Notes: generated from the letters alone by a model not told the origin. DNA of 64,000 nucleotides from an uncultured Spirochaetota bacterium (GCA_963734545.1 CAVTHO010000009.1:256001-320000); one strand, 5' to 3'. Numbered from the stretch's first letter, positions 21,574 to 31,609 are shown. Made by a program: numbers and translations.

Positions 21574-23021
21574 AGGCTGATCTATCCGCCATCTCCGGCA
21601 TGCAGGTGACTGTCATGGGGCTGGGCATCCACGGCGGCGGGCTGGCCTCCGCGCTCTTCTTCGCCCGGCGCGGCGCCCGGGTGACCGTGACCGACCTGCG
21701 CTCCGCGGGAGGTCCTCCGGGAGCCGATCGAGCAGCTTCGCGAGTTTCCCATCCGCTATGTCCTGGAAAGGCACGACGAGGCGGATTTCACAGGGGCCGA
21801 CCTGGTGATAAAGAACCCCGCCGTCCCCCCTCATCCCCCTACCTCCAGGTGGCGCTGGAGCAGGCGTGGCCGTCGAGACGGACCTCTCCGTGTTTCTGTC
21901 CCTTGTCGAAAAATCCCGTTCTCGCCGTGACCGGCTCAAAGGGCAAGTCCACGACCGCGTCGGCCATCGCCTTCGGCCTGGCGCGCCGTGTTCCCCGAGG
22001 CACGGCTCGGCGGCAACATCACCGTTTCACCTCTCACCTTCCTGGACGAGCTGGCCCCCGGCGCCCCTGTGGTGCTGGAGCTTTCATCCTGGCAGCTCGG
22101 GGACCTGAAAGGCCGCGGGCTTCTCACCCCGGCCGTTTCCGCCTTCACCGTCATCCTGCCCGACCACCTGGACAAGTACGCCGGGCATGGATGAATACGT
22201 GGCGGACAAAAAGGCGATATTCCAGGAGCAGGGACCGGCGCAGAACGCGATATTCAATCTCGACGACCCCTGGCAGCAGGACTTCCCCGCGCGAGACCCG
22301 GGCGCGCCCCTTCTTCTACTCTGCGCGCCCGCTGACCGGAGGGAGGTGCGGCGCGTGGCTCGAAGAGGCCGGCGGCCGAAGCCGGCTGGCACCCGGCGGC
22401 GCGGAGGAAGCCATCCTCGGTGACAGCCGCCTCCCCGGGGCTCACAACAGGATGAATCTCCTGTGCGCCGGGCTGGCGCTGCGCCTTTTCGGCGTTACGG
22501 CCGGCGCCGTGCGCGCGGCGCTTGCGGAGTTCCCCGGAGTGGAGCACCGGCTGGAAATGTTCAGGGAGTGGGAAGGGATCCGGTTCTACAATGATTCCGC
22601 CGCGACCATCCCCCACGCCACCGTTCAGGCGCTGAAGGCGCTCCCGGACCCGATCGTCCTCATCACCGGCGGCACGGACAAGAACATCGACTTCAGCCCG
22701 CTCGCGGAAACGGCGCGGCTTCCCCGGGCCATCGTGCTGCTGGCGGGAACGGGGACAGAGAAAATCCGCGGCGTGCTCGACGCGCAACAGGTGAGTTATG
22801 AAGGCCCGTTCGGGAGCCTGCGTGAAGCGCTCGATGTGGGCATCATGCGCGCGCGCGGCGCGATGACGGACCGGGGCGTCTCGATACTCTTCTCCCCCGG
22901 GTGCACGTCCTTCGGGATGTTCCTGAACGAGTTCGACAGGGGAAGGAAGTTCAAGGAAACAGTGACGGCCCGGATTTCTACAGGGCCTTCTCCAGAAACA
23001 GGGCCCCCGCAATCGGATTGA
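21570..23021 (+). CDS. murD: UDP-N-acetylmuramoyl-L-alanine--D-glutamate ligase (frameshifted)
   Basis: VTVMGLGIHGGG, AVTGSKGKSTT, GGNI, VLELSSWQL, PDHLD, GVEHRLE, FYNDSAATIP, FSPGCTSFGMFLNEFDRG. Confidence 0.92.
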   Translation: MKADLSAISGMQVTVMGLGIHGGGLASALFFARRGARVTVTDLRSAGGPPGADRAASRVSHPLCPGKARRGGFHRGRPGDKEPRRPPSSPYLQVALEQAWPSRRTSPCFCPLSKNPVLAVTGSKGKSTTASAIAFGLARRVPRGTARRQHHRFTSHLPGRAGPRRPCGAGAFILAARGPERPRASHPGRFRLHRHPARPPGQVRRAWMNTWRTKRRYSRSRDRRRTRYSISTTPGSRTSPRETRARPFFYSARPLTGGRCGAWLEEAGGRSRLAPGGAEEAILGDSRLPGAHNRMNLLCAGLALRLFGVTAGAVRAALAEFPGVEHRLEMFREWEGIRFYNDSAATIPHATVQALKALPDPIVLITGGTDKNIDFSPLAETARLPRAIVLLAGTGTEKIRGVLDAQQVSYEGPFGSLREALDVGIMRARGAMTDRGVSILFSPGCTSFGMFLNEFDRGRKFKETVTARISTGPSPETGPPQSD

Positions 23022-24027
23022 AGATGTACGGCGCGATTTCCTGAAATCCGAACGATTTGTACAGGGCAACCGCGCTCTTCATGGAAGGGAGCGTGTCCAG
23101 ACGCATGGAAGTGTACCCGCGGGCCCGGGCTTCCTCGATGAGCCTGATGATGAGCGCGCGCCCTATCCCCAGGCCGCGTGCGGCAGGCCTGACATAGAGC
23201 CTCTTCATTTCGCAGGTGCGCGCGTCGATCTTCCTCAAAGCCACGCAGCCGCACGGCTCTCCCCGGTTGCGGGCAAGAATCATCACGCCATCCGGCTGCG
23301 CGTATTTCCCCGGCAAGCCTTCCAGCTCGGCATTGAAATCCTGGAATGACAGGTCGATCCCTATCGAGGCGGCGTATTCCTTGAAAAGCGCTCTCATGAG
23401 CGGCATCTCCGCGGAGGTGGGGACGCTGTAGAGGACCGTGCTCTGAGGGCCGGCTCCGGCCTTCTTTCTCTTCACAAGGACTTTTCGGTAGTCCCATTCC
23501 ACCACGAGAAACTGGCCGGCGGACAAGCCGGACTTCAACGCGGCACTGAGCCACCCCGCCTGGGCATCTCCGATTTCATCCTTCGAGGAGGAGCACTTCA
23601 TCTCCACGAACACCACCGCCCTGTTCGCCCACAGGATGACGTCCCAGCATCCGGCCTTGCTGTTGTTGTTGTTCGCGGCGATGCGCGAGATCAACTGGTT
23701 GATGTACGTGTTGAGCGACGCCCCCTTGCTCTGGTTGGGCATCTTGTCGAAGTATTTTCGATGGTGCGCATCCGCCCAGACCCCCTCCCAGCCGTTCTTC
23801 CGAAAGAGCGTGAGCAGGGCAAACTCCGCGAACATGGCCTGCTTGTCCATCATCACGAGCGGCTTGTTCGACCAGGATTTGTCCAGCCCGACACCGGGCC
23901 GATCGGGACAGGAATTGAAGTCGACGTGATACCCGTGGACGGTCACCTGCCTCCTTTTTTCCAGGTCGAAGGGAACGTCGGCGGTCGGGACGAGCTCCAC
24001 GGGCAGAGGGGGGTAGGTGCTGATCAT
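22978..24027 (-). CDS. VRR-NUC-like PD-(D/E)xK nuclease domain fused to a GNAT acetyltransferase
   Basis: N-half: AGCWDVILW...VFVEMK...DEIGDAQAGWL. C-half: LSFQDFNAEL..LPGKY, GCVALRK, CEMKRLYVRP.ARG.GIG, MRLDTLP.M..A..LY...GF. Confidence 0.75.
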   Translation of the reverse strand: MISTYPPLPVELVPTADVPFDLEKRRQVTVHGYHVDFNSCPDRPGVGLDKSWSNKPLVMMDKQAMFAEFALLTLFRKNGWEGVWADAHHRKYFDKMPNQSKGASLNTYINQLISRIAANNNNSKAGCWDVILWANRAVVFVEMKCSSSKDEIGDAQAGWLSAALKSGLSAGQFLVVEWDYRKVLVKRKKAGAGPQSTVLYSVPTSAEMPLMRALFKEYAASIGIDLSFQDFNAELEGLPGKYAQPDGVMILARNRGEPCGCVALRKIDARTCEMKRLYVRPAARGLGIGRALIIRLIEEARARGYTSMRLDTLPSMKSAVALYKSFGFQEIAPYIFNPIAGALFLEKAL

Positions 24028-24051
24028 GCTGTCGCCGTCACCGAGAATAGG

Positions 24052-24521
24052 TCAGTTCGCGCGCTCAATCAAGTGAGAGCCCGTCTTCTGCGCCCGCGCG
24101 CGCGCAAATTGCACGTAGGGCACGATCACGTCATTCATGTACCGCCCGGTGCCGTCGTAGGTGATGCTCACGACGGGCACCCCGGTGAGCCTCTCGATGT
24201 CGCTCGCCATGGCCTCGGTGACCATGGACGGGCAGCAGAACCCCGGACTGGTCTGCACGAAGAGGGCCAGCTCGGGGTGGAGTTTGTCCGGGCGCCGCGG
24301 TAGTTTCCCTCTCGATCGAATCGGATGAGCCCGAACTTCTCGCCTCCCACGAAAATGATGGACTTGACCGAAGGAGAAAAACGGCGGCACGCGGCGATCA
24401 GCGACACCCGGGTGTCAAAGGCAGCCGCGCCCCGCATGAGCAGCGGGCTTGCCGAAGTAAAGCCTATGCCCGAAAGGGGGACGGGGCCGATGTCGACCCC
24501 GAGGAACCCTGGATCGAGCAT
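24052..24521 (-). pseudogene. collapsed relic of a large acyl-CoA dehydratase activase (CoA-activase) gene
   Basis: Juxtaposed pieces FLGVDIG, IAACRRF...SIIFVGGEKFGLIRFD.EGNY.GARTNS and the C-terminal ALFVQTSPGFCCPSMVTEAM..DIERLTGVPVVSITYDGT within about 470 bp. Confidence 0.65.
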
Positions 24522-24611
24522 AGGCTGCCATAGTACTCGGATTTGAGGAAAGTCAACTGGTCCGGCAGCGCGCCCGGGCGTGCGCCGCCGGTTCTCAAGC
24601 TGAGATCAGGA

Positions 24612-25190
24612 TCAATAGTTCTCCGCGAGGACCTCGTAGAAGGATTGCGGATGCCTGCAGGCAGGGCATTCCTTCGGCGGTTCGGTTCCCTCGAAGACAT
24701 ACCCGCAGTTGATGCAGTGCCACTTGACCGCGGTCTTTCTCTTGAATGTCTCCCCGCTGACGACATTGTCCACGAGCTTGCGATAGCGCGCCTCGTGGAA
24801 TCTCTCCGCCTTTGCGATCTGTTCGAATGAGCGCGCCACTTCCGGAAATCCTTCTTCCCGGGCGATCTTGCCGAACTCGGGATACAGGGTCGTCCACTCC
24901 ATCTTCTCACCGGCCGCGGCGGCTTCGAGGTTCGACTTCGTGTCCTTGATGGCGCCGGCCGGGTACGTCGCGGTGATCTCGAGATCACCGCCCTCGAGGT
25001 GGCTGAAATACACTTTTGCGTGCTCTCTCTCGTTGTCCGCGGTCTCCTGGAAGATGTTCGCAATCTGCTGGAAGTTCTCCTTGCGGGCCGCGCTGGCAAA
25101 GTAGGTGTACCTGTTCCTCGCCTGTGACTCTCCCGCGAACGCCTTCAACAAATTTTGCTCGGTCTTCGATCCTTTGATTGATTTCGCCAT
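24612..25190 (-). CDS. rbr: rubrerythrin
   Basis: NLLKAFAGESQARNRY, NEREHA, GEKMEW, AERFHE, WHCINCG...CPAC.HP. Confidence 0.95.
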   Translation of the reverse strand: MAKSIKGSKTEQNLLKAFAGESQARNRYTYFASAARKENFQQIANIFQETADNEREHAKVYFSHLEGGDLEITATYPAGAIKDTKSNLEAAAAGEKMEWTTLYPEFGKIAREEGFPEVARSFEQIAKAERFHEARYRKLVDNVVSGETFKRKTAVKWHCINCGYVFEGTEPPKECPACRHPQSFYEVLAENY

Positions 25191-25376
25191 TCTGGTCCTC
25201 CCTGGGGTTTCCTCATGATAGCCGATGCGAGGATCTCCTGTCAACGAAAACGATGTGGGAAACACGCTCCGCAACGCGTCTTCCAGGCCTGGAACACGGC
25301 TCCGGCTTGACCAGCCGCGGTTTTTCGGGGTATTCCTTCAACGTACGAATCGTACGCAATCAGAGGAGAAAAGCGA

Positions 25377-28338
25377 ATGAGCGCGGCAAAGAACGTCTAT
25401 CTATTCGGGGGCGGCAAGGCTGACGGCGACGAGAAGATGAAGAACCTTCTCGGCGGCAAGGGCGCCAATCTCGCCGAGATGGCGGGCCATTCGGACCTTC
25501 GCCTGCCCGTTCCCGCGGGATTCACCATCACCACCGAGGTGTGCAACCATTTCTTCAAGAACAAGGGCAAGTATCCCGCCGGCCTCGACGCCGAGGTTGC
25601 CGCGGGTTTGAAGCACATAGAGAAAATCATGAGCCACAAGTTCGGGGACCCGGACAATCCCCTCCTGGTCTCCGTGCGCTCGGGCGCGCGCAAGTCCATG
25701 CCCGGCATGATGGAGACGGTCCTCAATGTCGGCCTGAACGAGAAAACGGCGCAGGGCATCATCAAGTCGACCAATAACCCCCGGTTCGTCTATGACGCGT
25801 ACCGGCGTCTCATCCAGATGTATTCCGACGTGGTCATGGAAAAAGCGGAAGGAATCGACCCGGCGGAAGGCCAGGGGATCCGGCAGCAGCTCGAGCGCGA
25901 GCTGGACAAGATGAAGAAGGCCCGAGGCGTGAAGCAGGACACCGAGCTCACGGCAGAGGATCTGAAACAGCTCATCAGGATCTACAAGTCGAAGGTGCGG
26001 GAAGTGCTGGGCAAGGACTTCCCCGAGGACCCCATGGAGCAGGTGTGGGGCGGCATCCGCGCGGTCTTCCAGAGCTGGAACGGCAAGCGCGCCATTTCCT
26101 ACCGCCGCATCGAGGGCATCCCCGACGAGTGGGGCACTGCCGTCACGGTCCAGTCCATGGTTTTCGGAAACATGGGGGATGACTCCGGAACGGGTGTCGC
26201 CTTCACGCGCAATCCCGCAACGGGTGAGAACGTGTTCTACGGAGAATGGCTTCCCAACGCCCAGGGAGAGGACGTCGTAGCGGGCATCCGGACGCCCTAC
26301 CCCATCAATGAGGCGGGCAAGACCGAGCACACCGCTTCGCTGCCCTCCCTGGAGAAACAGTTCCCGAAGATCTACTCCGAGCTGCACGCCATCGAGCTTC
26401 GACTGGAAAGACACTACCATGACATGCTCGACCTGGAGTTCACCATAGAGAAGGGCAAGCTGTGGATGCTGCAGTGCCGGGTGGGCAAGCGCAATGGCCC
26501 CGCGGCTGTCCGCATGGCAGTGGACATGGTCAGGGAAAAGATGATCGTGCCCGAAGAAGCGGTCACCCGCATCACGCCGGCCCAGCTCGACGAGCTCCTT
26601 CACCCCGTCATCGACCCGGTGAAGGAGAAGGTGACCGCCGTGTTCCTCAAGGGGCTTCCCGCGGGACCCGGCGGCGCTGTCGGCCAGGTGGTGCTCACGG
26701 CCAATGACGCGGTGGAATGGACCAGGCAGGGCAAGAAGGTCATCCTCGTGCGGGAAGAGACCAACCCCGAGGACGTGGAAGGCATGCGGGCCGCGCAGGG
26801 CATCCTCACTGCGCGCGGCGGCATGACCTCGCACGCGGCGCTCGTTGCACGCGGCTGGGGCAAGTGCTGCATCGTCGGCGCGGGGGACATGCACGTCGAC
26901 ATGGCGGCGCGGCAGATCAACGTGAAAGGCATCGCGGTCAAGCAGGGAGACTGGCTCACCCTCAATGGGAGCAAGGGCACCGTGTACCAGGGCGCCCTGC
27001 CGCTCATCAAGGCAGCGGGAGAGAACCCCGACTTCGTGGCCTTCATGGGCACATGTGACAAGGTGAAAAAACTCGGCGTGCGCACGAACGCGGACACGCC
27101 GGCGGATGCCAAGAAGGCGCGCGAGTTCGGGGCAGAGGGCATCGGCCTCTTCCGGTTCGAGCACATGTTCTACGGGGAAGGCGCGGACAGGCCGCTGTTC
27201 CTCCTGCGGCGCATGATCGTTTCCAAGACCGAATCCGAGCGGCGCAAGGCACTGGAAGAGCTGTTCCCCTTCATGAAGGACGACGTGAAGAGGACCATGG
27301 AAGTCATGGACGGCCTTCCCGTCACGTTCCGGTTCCTCGATCCCCCTCTGCATGAGTTCGTGCCCAACCGGCCGGAGGAGAGGCAGCGCCTGGCCACCGA
27401 CCTCGGAATCTCCGCGGAGGAGTTCAGCAAGAGGGCAGACAGCCTGCACGAGTCAAACCCCATGATGGGACACCGCGGCGTGCGGCTGGGAATCTCCTAC
27501 CCCGAGATGACGGAGGTGCAGAGCCAGGCAATCCTCGAAGCGGCCGCGGAGCTGATCCAGGCGGGGAAGAACGCGCAGGCCCGAGATCATGATCCCCGTC
27601 ACCTCGACCGTGGTCGAGATCGAAGACCAGAAGAAGCTCATCGAGAAGGTCTACGAGAAGGTGCTCACCAAGTTCGTGATGCCGAAATCGAAGCTCGCGC
27701 TGGTTGTCGGGACCATGATCGAGATCCCGCGCGCGTGCGTGACCGCGGACAAGTTCGCCGCGCAGTGCGATTTCTTCTCATTCGGCACAAATGACCTGAC
27801 GCAGATGGGCTTCGGCTTTTCCCGGGACGACATCGGCGGGTTCCTGCCCAAGTATCTTGAAAAGAAGATTCTCCCGGCAGATCCCTTCCAGACCATCGAC
27901 CAGGAAGGCATCGGAGAGCTGATCAGGATGGGCATCGACAAGGGCAGGGCGGTGAAGCCGACCCTCAAGATCGGAATCTGCGGCGAGCACGGCGGAGAGC
28001 CCGAGTCCGTGAAGTTCTGCCACAAGGTGGGTATGAGCTACGTATCCTGCTCCCCGTACCGTGTGCCGCTGGCCAAGCTGGCCGCCGCGCAGGAAGCGGC
28101 AGCGGATCTGCAGAAAGCAAGGGCAAAGCCGGCTGCCCGGCCCGCGGCCAAGGCTGCCAGGCCCGCCGCGAAAAAGGCGAAAGCAGTGAAAAAAGCGCCT
28201 GCAAAGAAGCCGGCCGCGAAGAAGGCCCCTGCGAAGAAGGCAGCGGCAAAGAAGCCGGCCGCGAAGAAAGCAGCGGCCAGGAAGCCCGCTGCCAGGAAGG
28301 CCGTGAAGAAACCGGCAGCCAAAGGCAGGAAGAGATAG
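25377..28338 (+). CDS. ppdK: pyruvate, phosphate dikinase with Lys/Ala-rich C-terminal tail (frameshift near 27578)
   Basis: LGGKGANLAEM, SVRSGA..SMPGMM, NAQGEDVVAG, GGMTSHAA (phospho-His), ESNPMMGHRG.R, GTMIEIPRA, SFGTNDLTQ, GICGEHGG. Confidence 0.96.
28111..28335 (+). repeat. in-frame degenerate 15-bp repeats encoding (A/P)AKK pentapeptides
   Basis: KKAPAKKPAAKKAPAKKAAAKKPAAKKAAARKPAARK. Confidence 0.85.
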
Positions 28339-28360
28339 GCCGGCCTTGGATTGAATCAGC

Positions 28361-28397
28361 GAGCCCCGCTGTCGGACCGACGGCGGGGCTTTTTTTG
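28361..28397 (+). terminator. rho-independent terminator after ppdK
   Basis: AGCCCCGCTGTC-GGACC-GACGGCGGGGCT followed by a T-tract. Confidence 0.9.
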
Positions 28398-28425
28398 ATC
28401 GTTCAGAAGGAGCGTGGGGCTCAAT

Positions 28426-29082
28426 CTACAGCCGATATCCAAAAAGAACCGCGAGCTCGAAGTCGAGATTGAGTATCGACACGCCGGAGTATCCTGAGTC
28501 CCTCAAGAGCGCAATTCCATCTTTCTCCGGTTGGCTGAGCAGCTTATAGCCGGCGATAAGCTCGGGCCGCACGTAGATCTTCGGCGTGATCGAGATGTCG
28601 GCGCCGACACCGCCCTTGATCCAGAACTCGTTCGAGTCGGCCTTCTGCCGGCCGCTCAGGTCGTTCCCGATCATGTCGGTGCCGGCGATTGTCAGGTCAT
28701 ACTCGACGCCCAGCATCGGAAAGAGCGTGATCCGGCCGATTTTGAAGGGGAACTTGCCGTAGCCGGCAAACGCCAGGTGTCCCCCGGACAACTTCCTGTC
28801 CGACTCGGTCGTGCTCGCGCCGACGCCTGTCACGGTCGTCTTCTGGTACGCGCCATTGAACATTCGATAGCCGGCTGTGACCTGCAGGTAGGTCAGATCG
28901 ACAAACGCCATGAAGGTGAATGGAATTCGGGAGGTCAATGTATCCGAGCTCGATCCGAAGCCTTCGTATTTCCCCACCGTCATTGAGTAGGCACCGTTTG
29001 CCCCGATCCCTGCGCTGATATCTATCCCGAACGCGCCGGCCGCCAGACACAACAGGGCGAGCACCGCCACCGCCGATTTCAT
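28426..29082 (-). CDS. outer-membrane beta-barrel protein (paralog 1)
   Basis: Signal peptide MKSAVAVLALLCLAAGAFG; alternating beta strands; YGKFPF, FPMLGVEYD, FWIKGGVGAD. Confidence 0.75.
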   Translation of the reverse strand: MKSAVAVLALLCLAAGAFGIDISAGIGANGAYSMTVGKYEGFGSSSDTLTSRIPFTFMAFVDLTYLQVTAGYRMFNGAYQKTTVTGVGASTTESDRKLSGGHLAFAGYGKFPFKIGRITLFPMLGVEYDLTIAGTDMIGNDLSGRQKADSNEFWIKGGVGADISITPKIYVRPELIAGYKLLSQPEKDGIALLRDSGYSGVSILNLDFELAVLFGYRL

Positions 29083-29145
29083 ACATCCTCCTTTTTTATT
29101 TCATGAGATTATCACCTCCTGTTTCCAGAACTCAAGTCAGGCACG

Positions 29146-29171
29146 AAAAAAGCCGCCCGAAGGCGGCTTTT
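29146..29171 (-). terminator. rho-independent terminator between the two beta-barrel genes
   Basis: AAAAAAGCCGCC-CGAA-GGCGGCTTTT (bidirectional form). Confidence 0.85.
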
Positions 29172-29209
29172 AAATTGCGGTACAGCGCGCGTGGCAGGTG
29201 CAACCAGAT

Positions 29210-29854
29210 CTACAGCCTGATCCCGAAAAGCACAGACAGCTCGAAGCCCAGGTCGAGCATTGAAACATCAGTGCCGCCGCCGGCCTTGGTGGCATCAACC
29301 AGATCGTTTTCGGGCCCGCTGAGGAGCTTGTAGCCGACGATCACCTCGGGTCGGATGTAGAATTGCGGGCTGACCGATATGTCGGCGCCCACACCGCCTT
29401 TGATCCAGAACTCGGTGGCATCGGACAGGTCCTGGCTGGTCATTTTGACACCGGCCGATGTCCCGGAGATGGCCCGGTCATATTCGACTCCCACCATGGG
29501 GAAGAACGTGATCGGTCCAAGCTCGATGGGGAATTTGCCGTATGCAGCGAGAGATACATAGTTGACGTTGAGTTCCACATCGGTTTTCCCGACTTCGGAG
29601 CCGTCAACGATGGCTTTCATGGTGTAGCCGTTGAGCATCCGATAACCTGCTGAGATTTGCAGGTAGCCCACGTCGACAAACGCCATGAAGCCAAACGGTA
29701 TTCCAGTTATGAGCGTTTCCGTCGGAATTCCAGCCTGTGTTGCCTTCAGCGATGCCATGTAGTAAGACCCGGTTGCTCCGATTCCTACATCGACTGCAAA
29801 TCCAGTCGCTGCCATGCATGCCAGGACAAGCACTACCAGTATTAGTCTTTTCAT
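29210..29854 (-). CDS. outer-membrane beta-barrel protein (paralog 2)
   Basis: Signal peptide; shares IPF.FMAFVD..YLQ..AGYRM.NG, YGKFP, FPM.GVEYD, EFWIKGGVGADIS, Y.RPE...GYKLLS.PE with paralog 1. Confidence 0.75.
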   Translation of the reverse strand: MKRLILVVLVLACMAATGFAVDVGIGATGSYYMASLKATQAGIPTETLITGIPFGFMAFVDVGYLQISAGYRMLNGYTMKAIVDGSEVGKTDVELNVNYVSLAAYGKFPIELGPITFFPMVGVEYDRAISGTSAGVKMTSQDLSDATEFWIKGGVGADISVSPQFYIRPEVIVGYKLLSGPENDLVDATKAGGGTDVSMLDLGFELSVLFGIRL

Positions 29855-29945
29855 GGATTCTCCTTTTCTTTTATGAAATGGGTGTCCCCGCTACAGCCCG
29901 AATTATAGTCCTTTTTCTCCAGAAATCAATTTATGTTTACTATAG

Positions 29946-31211
29946 TTATTTTGATACATTGGTTTTTGCGGCAAGCAGGGCAGCCTGGGTATTGAGATAG
30001 TCCCGCTCCGGAACGCTCGTCGTTCGGCCCGCTGCGGCGAGATAGTGCTCGATCGCGGCCTTGTCATCTCCGGCCATCTCGTGAAGATGGGCCCGAACCG
30101 CATCGAGCCGATAGTGGCGGGCCATCCGCTCATCGGCATCCAGGGCTGCGAGCAGCTCGAGCCCCACGGCCGGACCATGCACCATTGCCGCGGCAACAGC
30201 GTGATTGAGCGTCACCATGGGATTGTCGGTCATGCGCTTGAGCAGGCTGTACAAGACCAGGATCTGCGGCCAGTCGGTATCCTCGGCGCGCGCCGCCTCG
30301 TCGTGGACGGCCGCGATCGCTGCCTGGAGCTGATACGCGCCGATCGATCCACGGGAGAGTGTGCCGCCGAGGAGCGCGACGCCCTCCGAAACAGCCTGCC
30401 GGTCCCACAACGCTCGATTCTGCTGCGCGAGCGGGATCAGCTCGCCGTCCGGCCCGGTGCGCGCCGGGCGCCGCGCATCCGTCAGCAGCATCAGCGCAAG
30501 CAGCCCCGCAACCTCGCCGTCTTCCGGGAGCTGGCTGTGAACGGCCCGCGTGAGCCTGATCGCCTCATTCGAGAGGTCGCTCCGCTGCAGCCGGGGACCG
30601 ATGCTGCTGGTATAGCCCTCGTTGAAGATCAGGTAGAGCACGTGCAGGACCGAGCCCAGCCTTAGGGAGCGCTCCTTGTCGGTGGGCATGGCGAAGGGAA
30701 CTCCAGACTCCTTGATGCGCTGCTTGGCACGGCTGATCCGCTGTGCCATGGTCGCTTCGGGAACGAGAAACGCGTTGGCGATCTCGGCGGTGGTGAGGCC
30801 GCCGACGGCGCGCAGGGTGAGCGCAATGGCCGACGGCGGGGTGAGCGCGGGATGGCAGCACATGAACAACAGGACCAGCGTGTCATCCTGGTCAGCCCCG
30901 TCATCCGGCTCCGGCGCCGCCGGCGGATCGGTCCATTCCCGCAGGGCCCAGGATTCTTCGCGCCGTCGGCGCGCGAGCTCGCTGCGCATGGAGTCGATCA
31001 TGCGGCGGGAGGCGACCTGGATCAGCCACCCCCGCGGGTTGTCCGGCATGCCCTCCCGGGGCCACTGCACGGCAGCGGCGAGCAGCGCCTCCTGGACCGC
31101 GTCCTCCGCTGCGGAAAAGTCGCCGAAACGGCGCATGACCGCCCCGAGCACCTTCGGGCCCAGCTCGCCAAGCAGTTTCTCCGAGGCGCCGCGGCCGGAT
31201 TCGTCTGTCAC
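29946..31211 (-). CDS. ECF sigma factor with long C-terminal extension (ECF42/DUF6596 type)
   Basis: AEDAVQEAL.AA..QWP..G.PDNPRGWL, LLFMCCHPAL, LTLRAVGGLTTAEIA, MAQRISRAK, YLIFNEGY, YQLQAAIAAVH. Confidence 0.9.
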   Translation of the reverse strand: MTDESGRGASEKLLGELGPKVLGAVMRRFGDFSAAEDAVQEALLAAAVQWPREGMPDNPRGWLIQVASRRMIDSMRSELARRRREESWALREWTDPPAAPEPDDGADQDDTLVLLFMCCHPALTPPSAIALTLRAVGGLTTAEIANAFLVPEATMAQRISRAKQRIKESGVPFAMPTDKERSLRLGSVLHVLYLIFNEGYTSSIGPRLQRSDLSNEAIRLTRAVHSQLPEDGEVAGLLALMLLTDARRPARTGPDGELIPLAQQNRALWDRQAVSEGVALLGGTLSRGSIGAYQLQAAIAAVHDEAARAEDTDWPQILVLYSLLKRMTDNPMVTLNHAVAAAMVHGPAVGLELLAALDADERMARHYRLDAVRAHLHEMAGDDKAAIEHYLAAAGRTTSVPERDYLNTQAALLAAKTNVSK

Positions 31212-31609
31212 CAGTCCTCGCTCTGGTGGCCCATCACCGGGCGCACTTCGATTGGGACATTTGCGGGCCCGCCCCCGGGTCCCGGCAGTGCCGACAACCG
31301 GCCCGCGATCTCGCAGGCGCGCTCCGGACTATCGACGTCGACGATCCAGTACCCGGCGAGAAACTCCTTGGACTCGGGGAAGGGGCCGTCCGTAACCGCC
31401 GGAGCGCCGTCCGTTCTGGCGCGCACCACCCTCATCCCTTCCGGTCCGCCGAGACCCTGCGTGCCGACAAGCTCTCCGGCATCGGCGAGCTCCTTGTGGA
31501 AACGGTGCAGGAAATCGATGTTCGCCTTGACGTCCTCCGGCGGCCAGGTGCCGATGTTGTTGGCTTTCCAGTCAGCCACGGAGAATTGCATCATCAATAT
31601 GTACTTCAT
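31208..31609 (-). CDS. YciI/DGPF family protein
   Basis: VTDGPFPESKEFLAGYWIVD, IEVRPVM; coupled to the ECF gene. Confidence 0.9.
   Translation of the reverse strand: MKYILMMQFSVADWKANNIGTWPPEDVKANIDFLHRFHKELADAGELVGTQGLGGPEGMRVVRARTDGAPAVTDGPFPESKEFLAGYWIVDVDSPERACEIAGRLSALPGPGGGPANVPIEVRPVMGHQSEDW

Noticed and set aside
25401-27449. Long antisense ORFs (also 2348-3622, 5671-7287, 11796-13352, 46146-47687, 50179-51924)
   Set aside because: Shadow ORFs expected opposite real genes in high-GC DNA; no recognisable motifs.
27560-27600. Programmed frameshift in ppdK or other genes
   Set aside because: No slippery sequence is evident, and similar indels occur throughout the window, so error is the simpler explanation.
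29946-31609. ECF sigma plus DGPF protein as a novel system
   Set aside because: Well-described ECF42-type arrangement.
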